Of a DNA stretch of 64,000 bases, positions 57,089 to 64,000 are shown piece by piece. The DNA is from a virus, in IMG/VR virus record IMGVR_UViG_3300044729_003129, positions 1 through 64,000 of that record; one strand, 5' to 3'. The notes under the pieces are model-generated. The model saw only the letters and a list, made by a program, of their open reading frames with translations, was not told the origin of the DNA and did not search any database. Numbering within the stretch: position 1 is the first letter of the stretch; every line of letters starts with the position of its first letter. The position numbers and the translations under genes are program-made.

Positions 57089-57144
57089 AGTTTATTTTTC
57101 CTTTGATATATTATATATTGTTTTTGTGTAAAGTAAACAAGAAA

Positions 57145-58173
57145 TTATGCATTTAGTACTGCATTTAATTCTTGACGTGTGACTTCTTTATTGAGCGGAT
57201 GATTGCGATAAATCGCTTCTCGTTGCGCGATAGCAATTTCAGTCAATTTAGAGTCTGATAGAGTCGCGATGTCAGATGCTCGAATGTTTGCAAGGCTCTC
57301 GTCACGATAATACAACATCATTTCTTTAGGTTCACCAATAAGAATTGACTCTACGTCAGCAATTTGTAGAGGTCGTGCTCTCCACCATCCAGATCCGGCG
57401 TGGAAATATCCAGGCATAAGTATGCCCCATTGTGATGCATAGACATTCATCATTTCGCTTTCAACAACTCTGTCTTGGCCATCTTTACGAGAGCCATATT
57501 GCTTTAGAGGCCAATCTGTTGATTCTACTCCCTGTTTTGCCAACCATTTTTTAGTCTTGTCTTGGACTAGTCCAGCAAAATTAAACACTCGCTGTTTTGG
57601 CTCAGGAAAGAGAGCTGGTGTTGCTTGGCGATTTAAGTGATATGGATTTGGGTTGTATCCAAATAGCAATTCTTTTGGCCAGTCTAATAATAGACTTAGG
57701 TCACCACCAGCAAAGGCGGGCATACACATTCTGTTTGTTTTGCTCTTTATCTTTTCAATTGCTTGAAGAAATACATCTGCATGCGTTTTAATATCACTTG
57801 GAATATTAGTATGACTGTCTACAACAAATTTTCTAAATAACTTAGTTGGATCGCTCAGCGAAGTGATTCCAGAGAAAATACTATCGGTTTGCCAATCATC
57901 AAAAGCAAAAATACAATTTGGATGACGTGATATTGCCCAAAGTGCGTTATAGACAAACCCGGCAAACCCGGCAGGGTTGTGTAAAAACACAAACACCTCA
58001 TCATATTCATCTAAACTTTCACCAATAATAGTAGGACGCATATCAACTGTATGACCCATATCACGAAGCACTCGTGGCAAACTATATTGACACATCGCAA
58101 CCTGCAATTGTTGTTGCAGATAAAAGTCATATGTACATTGTGCTTTATTACAACCAGTAATTAGTATTCTCAT
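57145..58173 (-). CDS. GT-B fold DNA glycosyltransferase-like protein (beta-gt position)
   Basis: 342 aa; MRILITG...LRDMGHTVD...LDEYDEVFV; T4 synteny uvsX-betagt-42. Confidence 0.55.
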   Translation of the reverse strand: MRILITGCNKAQCTYDFYLQQQLQVAMCQYSLPRVLRDMGHTVDMRPTIIGESLDEYDEVFVFLHNPAGFAGFVYNALWAISRHPNCIFAFDDWQTDSIFSGITSLSDPTKLFRKFVVDSHTNIPSDIKTHADVFLQAIEKIKSKTNRMCMPAFAGGDLSLLLDWPKELLFGYNPNPYHLNRQATPALFPEPKQRVFNFAGLVQDKTKKWLAKQGVESTDWPLKQYGSRKDGQDRVVESEMMNVYASQWGILMPGYFHAGSGWWRARPLQIADVESILIGEPKEMMLYYRDESLANIRASDIATLSDSKLTEIAIAQREAIYRNHPLNKEVTRQELNAVLNA

Positions 58174-58517
58174 GCTTGTGTTTCTTGCTTACGTCTATTT
58201 AAAAAGTCACGATCCGGATCCTGACCATCAATTCCACCACGACACCATGCAACGAGAAAGCTGCCATAGTTAATTAGATCCTTGCCGCTGTCTTCAATAC
58301 TTTCAAAGTTTGGAGTGTAATTTGGATCATTTTCCATGGCTTCAAGAACGCTTGACATACGTAGCACCTTTGCGTGTATAACGTCAAGTATACTCGCTGC
58401 GCCACGTGGATAATAGTCTGCTTGACGAATCCTGCTATGAGGATTTTGATAATCATTCGATTTTTTGAGTTGTAGTTCTGCGCACTCTTCAAGAACTTTT
58501 ATTGATGCTTTTTTCAT
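58170..58517 (-). CDS. nucleotide-modification-associated protein (Nmad1/DUF1599-like)
   Basis: KKSNDY...K..R...ESIEDS..DLINY. Confidence 0.65.
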   Translation of the reverse strand: MKKASIKVLEECAELQLKKSNDYQNPHSRIRQADYYPRGAASILDVIHAKVLRMSSVLEAMENDPNYTPNFESIEDSGKDLINYGSFLVAWCRGGIDGQDPDRDFLNRRKQETQA

Positions 58518-58522
58518 GTTTA

Positions 58523-58648
58523 TTAACCTTGGCCGCGAGAAAGTTTCTTATAGTTTTTACTTTGTTTGAGATGTGAAGTCTTGCTTTTAGCATGAATGCC
58601 TTTACGCTTAATTTTCCTTTGTTGTACTTTAATTCCAGTTTGTTTCAT
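58523..58648 (-). CDS. 41-aa highly basic protein (not in ORF track)
   Basis: MKQTGIKVQQRKIKRKGIHAKSKTSHLKQSKNYKKLSRGQG. Confidence 0.6.
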   Translation of the reverse strand: MKQTGIKVQQRKIKRKGIHAKSKTSHLKQSKNYKKLSRGQG

Positions 58649-58692
58649 ATGTGTTATTATATATGGTTTTCAAATTTTGTAAATATCAAAGA

Positions 58693-59436
58693 TTAAGATT
58701 TATTATACAAAATATTATAATCTTTTTTAGAAATGTAGAATTCTCCAGTTTTAGAATAATGATCAATCAAATAATATTGATTTTCGTACGCATGTAGACT
58801 GCCGACTTGCCAAATGATATTTCCTGGGACAATCTTATCGGCTTTTTTGGTACCACAATTATAATCATAGACGAGTTTGTCTTGAACATACTTTTGCCAC
58901 GCATAGTCATTACGATAACCTGCCCAAATATCATTGCTGCGCATCTGTACAACAACTTCAAGCATGTCATCGCGAATAAGATACTGAACTGCATTTGTGC
59001 AAATAAAGTCACTCATTCCGTTTACACACCAATTGCTGTGCATAGACGGTCGTGTATAGATCGCAACTGCTCGACGACTGTTTGGTGAGCGAGTCAACTC
59101 CATCAATACATTTTCATATTGACAATAATTTTCTGAACTAAACATCAAATATCCATAGTTGGAATTGATTTTGCCGTCTCGGCTTGAAACGTCTTGCCAA
59201 ATTTTAGGAACAACACCGGGAATGTCTTTTACATAGAGACTTTGCGAAAGATACCATTCCAACTCGCGTTGAATATAGTCATCGTTAATTTCACCAAAGA
59301 TACTTGGTTCATTGGCACAAAAGCTTGCACCAACAAGCTCGAGTGTAGTGACACCACTCTTATCAACTACAAAATTTTTGCTTTTGTATTGACCTACAAA
59401 ATATTGTCGTATTTGCTCTATTGTCATATTAACCAA
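58693..59436 (-). CDS. 42: dCMP hydroxymethylase (thymidylate synthase fold)
   Basis: INSNYG, SRRA, DFICT, MRSNDIWAGYRNDYAWQKYV, GSLHAY. Confidence 0.85.
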   Translation of the reverse strand: MVNMTIEQIRQYFVGQYKSKNFVVDKSGVTTLELVGASFCANEPSIFGEINDDYIQRELEWYLSQSLYVKDIPGVVPKIWQDVSSRDGKINSNYGYLMFSSENYCQYENVLMELTRSPNSRRAVAIYTRPSMHSNWCVNGMSDFICTNAVQYLIRDDMLEVVVQMRSNDIWAGYRNDYAWQKYVQDKLVYDYNCGTKKADKIVPGNIIWQVGSLHAYENQYYLIDHYSKTGEFYISKKDYNILYNKS

Positions 59437-59791
59437 AAATAATTTTGCGAAACGCGACGATTAAACTCAAATGATAGTTGTCTTGCTCTTCAAGAGCTGC
59501 TGTGCGCTCAGAGAGCGCGTCATAATTTTCAGACAACTCGCACTCTATAATTTTATTGACTTGAAGTGGTCGATCATTAGTGATGTATAGATAAACGTCT
59601 GAAACAGCATCTTTGATTGAATGACCATTTTCGATTGAAGACCATGAAATGCTATTAAAACAATCTTGATGTTCAACAAAATCGAGCACCTTTGAAAATA
59701 GTTGATTTTGTAAAACGTCAGTGGTGTGTACATCTGCCTTTGCACAAAACATTGAATAGAGGCGATCTAGAATAGGATGAGTGTCTGTCAT
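59429..59791 (-). CDS. hypothetical protein
   Basis: Overlap-coupled to gene 42. Confidence 0.6.
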   Translation of the reverse strand: MTDTHPILDRLYSMFCAKADVHTTDVLQNQLFSKVLDFVEHQDCFNSISWSSIENGHSIKDAVSDVYLYITNDRPLQVNKIIECELSENYDALSERTAALEEQDNYHLSLIVAFRKIIFG

Positions 59792-59869
59792 ATAGTGATT
59801 TATAAGAGAAAGATCCCAGACAGCAATTTAAAATTACCATCTGGGATTTTTAAGAAGCGTCAAATTATA

Positions 59870-60304
59870 TCAGAGACGCTTTACTTTACGTGGTTTTTTG
59901 GCTTTAACTGGCGCTGGAGACTCAAACTCTTCAGCAATCTCTTGAGGAGATGCGATCCAACAAAAGACTTCTCCACCTTCGCTTGAAGAAGGAATCTCAT
60001 CATTTGCCTTTTCAACAACCTCTGGCACGACTTCAGCAGCAACTTTTTTTGCAGCACCTGGTTTACGACCACGCTTCTTTGGACCAGCCTTCATTGCTGC
60101 TGCAATAACCTCAGCGGGAGGCATTTGCGGCAAATAGCGACTATAACCAATCGACTTGTCTTTGCCAAGGAAGGTTTGGCCAATTTCACGACAAGTAAGA
60201 CCAAAGGTCTTACCGACTTCATAAACTTCCTTGGCAGTAAAGCCAGCGGAAGCATTGGGACGAGAATTAAACTCGTCAATCATTTCTTTTACACGCGTTA
60301 GCAT
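59870..60304 (-). CDS. putative DNA-binding early protein with AT-hook-like motif
   Basis: PKKRGRKPG; GTGTAC/TATAAT promoter upstream; hairpin downstream. Confidence 0.6.
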   Translation of the reverse strand: MLTRVKEMIDEFNSRPNASAGFTAKEVYEVGKTFGLTCREIGQTFLGKDKSIGYSRYLPQMPPAEVIAAAMKAGPKKRGRKPGAAKKVAAEVVPEVVEKANDEIPSSSEGGEVFCWIASPQEIAEEFESPAPVKAKKPRKVKRL

Positions 60305-60623
60305 ATGTTTGTTTTGTTTTGTTGTTAGGAGACTATTATAACTTAAAATTTAGAAGATGTACACAACTTTTTACATTAAATTGCATTGAGAGCATATTGT
60401 CCAAGACTTCTTCTAGTATTGTTCGTTGTGTCGCTTGGTGATGTTAAGAAGATTATCACGAAGGTGCATACGATCAGCGCTATGCTTGTCGTAATCGATG
60501 AAGTTGATTGCGGCATGACCGAGCGTCATGAGCTCGTCAACAGTCTTCATCAGCTTCTCAATAGTTTGTTCGACGGTGTCTGTTTGCATATCTTATTGTA
60601 TTAGATTTCCATATGTTTATTGA

Positions 60624-60881
60624 TTAAGCTTCATCTTCGTCTTCTTCACCTTCAAAGGTAGGATCATTGTAGCGCATATCGTTGAGGACATTGATAATGT
60701 CTTCGCACATCTCTTTGAGGCTGTCGTATGCTTCTGCCTCTTGACGAGAGCTCAGAGCCTTGCGATAATCATCAGGCGATATTCCATCATCTTGAGCTTC
60801 TTGTAGATCGCGATAGACTTGATTCATAGCATGAACTGTATTTTCGAACATGCAATAACTCATATTAGGGTAGTTTGACAT
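60624..60881 (-). CDS. conserved acidic early protein (MSNYPNMSYCMFENT)
   Basis: Recognisable phage motif. Confidence 0.7.
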   Translation of the reverse strand: MSNYPNMSYCMFENTVHAMNQVYRDLQEAQDDGISPDDYRKALSSRQEAEAYDSLKEMCEDIINVLNDMRYNDPTFEGEEDEDEA

Positions 60882-60924
60882 AGTGGTTTAGTTATTGGTT
60901 GATGTCTTATTGTATTGGTGTTCC

Positions 60925-61113
60925 TTACTTAGAGCCAATCTCGACAAACACCTTACCTTTAAGAGCAGGTACAACATTGATGTCGTCATCGATGTGCAGA
61001 TCGATCCATTCTGCACTAGTTTCCCAAAGACCTTCACTTACGCTAAGGCATTTAACGATAGCTTCTTGAGGAAGAGTTTGAAGATGGGTGATGAGTTGTG
61101 CTACGGTGGTCAT
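60925..61113 (-). CDS. hypothetical early protein
   Basis: MTTVAQLITHLQTLPQ after promoter copy 5. Confidence 0.65.
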   Translation of the reverse strand: MTTVAQLITHLQTLPQEAIVKCLSVSEGLWETSAEWIDLHIDDDINVVPALKGKVFVEIGSK

Positions 61114-61128
61114 GTTGTGGTTGGTTGT

Positions 61129-61208
61129 GCTTACATGGTTATTATAGCATAAAACCCACGGAAAGTACACAACTTTTTTCATAAAAATGCACTTTTTTTC
61201 ACTTTTTT
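61129..61208 (-). promoter_or_regulatory. repeated early promoter element, copy 5 (lacks the distal box)
   Basis: Core matches the other copies. Confidence 0.75.
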
Positions 61209-61317
61209 AGGCCCTGGAACAGATTTTTGCCTAATTTTAGCCCTTGGGAGGCCTGGGACAGGGATAGTGTAGTACAAATGACCACACTATCCCCAAACCT
61301 GTTTGCTGAGTGTATTT

Positions 61318-61731
61318 TTACTTCAGAATATAAACATCCATCCAGGCAGGAGTGGACTTTACAAGCTGAGTGTATGATGATCTTGGAACGTAGATATCAA
61401 AGACATATCCACGACCACGAGCAGCACTTTTGCGAGTAACGGCCGAACCACGGTCTTGGACGACGAAACTCCCATTTCCTACTTTTCCTTTCAAACCGGG
61501 AATGAATATTCTCGTTCCCATCTTGAAATCGGGGTGAGCAGCAACTGTCACACCGCTTTTTGCAGTTTTGGTTTTAGGACACGCGACCCTACTCCACCAC
61601 GGAGATTCGGGATAGTAGTATGTAATGCGTGCCTTTATTTTTGTAGCATTCTTAGGCGTTGCATATGTTGAATGCGCGTGACTAAGAAGCAATAATGAGG
61701 TTATAATTGTATAAACAAGTTTTTTCATCAT
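61318..61731 (-). CDS. secreted 3D-domain (MltA/RlpA-like) protein
   Basis: Signal peptide; ITYY, VAAHPD, VQDRGSAV, FDIY. Confidence 0.7.
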   Translation of the reverse strand: MMKKLVYTIITSLLLLSHAHSTYATPKNATKIKARITYYYPESPWWSRVACPKTKTAKSGVTVAAHPDFKMGTRIFIPGLKGKVGNGSFVVQDRGSAVTRKSAARGRGYVFDIYVPRSSYTQLVKSTPAWMDVYILK

Positions 61732-61825
61732 TATTTTGTTTCCTTTCTATCTTTAGTATTATTTGTCCTCAGCAAACAAGGAGAAGTAATACTCTCCTCA
61801 GTTTCATAATGTGCTTATGAAAGTT

Positions 61826-62425
61826 TTAACTACAAATTTTTTCGTGCCTTTTGCGAAGCTTGTCACTATAGTTATTTGGGTCTAAGTAAAAATCTAAAGA
61901 GTCTAGTTTTGTCGACGCTAACTCTCTCGATGACTTAGAATATGGTGATCGACTATTTTTAGTCCATGATCTTAATTTTTCAACAGTGTGATAAAAGAAT
62001 AGATAGCAGTTTGCACCGCGGGTGTAGGCATCAACATCAATATCAAGTTTATATTTTTTGATAGTTTGAAGTGCAATACACTCGCAATGCCATTCCAATT
62101 CTATTGCATCCTTTACTGCTTGTGAAACAACTTTCTTAGAATAGCGTTTACCGTCAAGCCAACTAAATAAGATATCGCATCCTTTTACCTTTGAGCTGAA
62201 AAATTTACGGTGATGCTTCCATTGTAAGTAATGAGAATATTCATGCACAAATATTTCAAATGCACAGTCGCGTTTCATTGCGACTACAAATTCTTTTTGA
62301 TTTTTACTATCATCAAACCACCCGCCATACTTTCCGTCTATGGCTTTTGTCATAATAAGCTTTAGTGAAAAGCCGTCATCAAGCAATTCATTTACTGCTT
62401 TTGCTATAAAGGTATTTTTTTCCAT
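61826..62425 (-). CDS. HExxH metalloprotein
   Basis: FVHEYSHYLQW...ELEWHCE. Confidence 0.7.
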   Translation of the reverse strand: MEKNTFIAKAVNELLDDGFSLKLIMTKAIDGKYGGWFDDSKNQKEFVVAMKRDCAFEIFVHEYSHYLQWKHHRKFFSSKVKGCDILFSWLDGKRYSKKVVSQAVKDAIELEWHCECIALQTIKKYKLDIDVDAYTRGANCYLFFYHTVEKLRSWTKNSRSPYSKSSRELASTKLDSLDFYLDPNNYSDKLRKRHEKICS

Positions 62426-62429
62426 GGCG

Positions 62430-63158
62430 TTAAATTTCTTCGTCTACTGGTTTATAACCTTCTTTCTGCGCTTCTTCATCACACAATGTAGCATACCACG
62501 ATCCACGCTTGCATAGTTGTCCACGCTTTCCTGTATCTTGACAAGTGAGTGAAGAAAGATGTTCGGCATAACGAACCATACCTTTTACAACATCATTGCC
62601 ACCATCATAATAAACACGTAGAGTGCCAAACTTTTCTTTGTATTGAGCTATCGTTACAGAAGGTGGAGAGACTCCAATATAAAGATCTAGACGATTAAAA
62701 AGAATTTTATCAATCGTACTTACAATATTACGAATACGTGCAGCAAAAGTTTTGTTAATTTTCTCTCTCTCTTCATTGCTTGGAGAAGCAAACTTTGCAC
62801 CTTTAGGCAGTCGCTTTTCAAAATCTCTATATGGATTGAACTTTCTATAAATTGGATCTCTTACATATTTCCAATATAGTTGACGAAACTTTAGACGAAG
62901 CCTTTGCTTAGGGTTAATTTCAGTATGCTTATGATTAGACACATAGTCATCAATACAACCAAACAATGAATCTACAATATCTCTCCAACCATCTGGACAG
63001 TCATTCCAGCAACGTTGACTTTGTGGAAGTAGATGACCATCTTCATCTCGTGGAAAAAGCTTTGGATATTTGCCAAACAAATATGCTTCAAAATTGTCGT
63101 CTTCTTCTATAGCTTCCATAATTTTATCGTTTAATTCTTCTACTGATTTATATTTCAT
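62430..63158 (-). CDS. conserved phage hypothetical protein
   Basis: CPDGW...QYKEKFGTLRVY...CQDTG...W..TLC. Confidence 0.75.
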   Translation of the reverse strand: MKYKSVEELNDKIMEAIEEDDNFEAYLFGKYPKLFPRDEDGHLLPQSQRCWNDCPDGWRDIVDSLFGCIDDYVSNHKHTEINPKQRLRLKFRQLYWKYVRDPIYRKFNPYRDFEKRLPKGAKFASPSNEEREKINKTFAARIRNIVSTIDKILFNRLDLYIGVSPPSVTIAQYKEKFGTLRVYYDGGNDVVKGMVRYAEHLSSLTCQDTGKRGQLCKRGSWYATLCDEEAQKEGYKPVDEEI

Positions 63159-63739
63159 AACTTATGAGTTTCACACGGTCCATCATTACTTCCGTGACTT
63201 GCCAAAGCGTCACACTCTGGACAACTTTGACTGTCTGTCGTTTGTTTTTCTTTTACGGCGGAGAGGGCTTCGCTGGCTAACATGTCAGCTTCGGCACTCA
63301 CACGACCATCTAACCTATAATCTGCCATTACAATCCGCAAAGCCTCCGCCAGCCTGTCGCGTTGCCCTAAAACAGTGTGATAAAGATCAGTGTTTTTTCT
63401 CCATCGTTCAGCTTCAGCAATCCAAAGGTCGCGCTCGCGTTTAACTCGCGCAAAAACTTCCCACGGCGGTTCTAATTTACCATCCGCACGATCCTTTGCT
63501 GGAATTGGATCGCATTCTAAAGCTACAGAAACTACCTTTGCATACATACTCTCTAGTGTTTCTGTTTTTAATTCTTCAAGAGACGATTCATAAACAGGAG
63601 TCGCTCCAAAAACCTTTAAGCATAGTTGCTCAATCGCTTCTGTTTTGGATTTAAAACGAATGCCATAGTTGTTGTCTGCAAAGTAGTTTTTCATGTCCAC
63701 ATTTTTTGATAGTGTTTGACGATAGTCTTCATAGCCCAC
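63155..63739 (-). CDS. hypothetical coiled-coil protein
   Basis: QRDRLAEAL module; start uncertain. Confidence 0.6.
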   Translation of the reverse strand: MGYEDYRQTLSKNVDMKNYFADNNYGIRFKSKTEAIEQLCLKVFGATPVYESSLEELKTETLESMYAKVVSVALECDPIPAKDRADGKLEPPWEVFARVKRERDLWIAEAERWRKNTDLYHTVLGQRDRLAEALRIVMADYRLDGRVSAEADMLASEALSAVKEKQTTDSQSCPECDALASHGSNDGPCETHKL

Positions 63740-64000
63740 ATATCTTTTTCTTCAATTAGCGCTTCAAGACGATGAACCTCAGCATATGCTTCTTTATATG
63801 ACATACCGTAAAGCTCTTCACAGCTTCTCATTGTACAATTGCCATCTTCCTCTTTAATGAAAAGATCATTGATTGCTTTTGAACTTGGTGTTGGATAAGA
63901 ATTCTCATGTTGTTTTTCAAGTTCGGGACGTTCAGTTTTAATATAATTATAAACTTCACGAAGTTCATTATCAGTGTTTTTAACACTATCAACATACTCT

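Overview
64 kb of an AT-rich, T4-like (Tevenvirinae/cyanophage-type) myovirus genome, coded almost entirely on the minus strand. Order: (1) holin plus nested spanin-like lysis cassette and a field of small early genes driven by a ~95-bp repeated early-promoter element; (2) auxiliary genes guaC, metallophosphoesterase, uvsE, a phage tmRNA and a glycosyl/methyltransferase cluster; (3) five paralogous late proteins with a shared N-terminal leader, probably capsid-packaged and protease-processed; (4) a 12-kb array of 23 tRNA genes. The array contains two ORF-less group I introns (tRNA-CAT and tRNA-Asn), four free-standing homing endonucleases sitting among broken tRNA remnants next to an intact tRNA (same isotype shown for Val, inferred for Leu, Ala, Trp), a porin-like gene, and several tRNA-like or pseudoknot RNAs, most ending in CCA; (5) tailspike, ClpP-like protease, exonuclease, RNase H, nrdAB; (6) a block of proteins with T4-like capsid-targeting N-termini; (7) gp41 helicase fractured by an atypically split intein with an antisense HNH gene between the halves, uvsX, and a cytosine-modification cluster (gp42-like hydroxymethylase, beta-glucosyltransferase-like gene). 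All calls come from reading the sequence by eye; no searches or folding programs were run. RNA ends and adjusted start codons may be off by a few bases.
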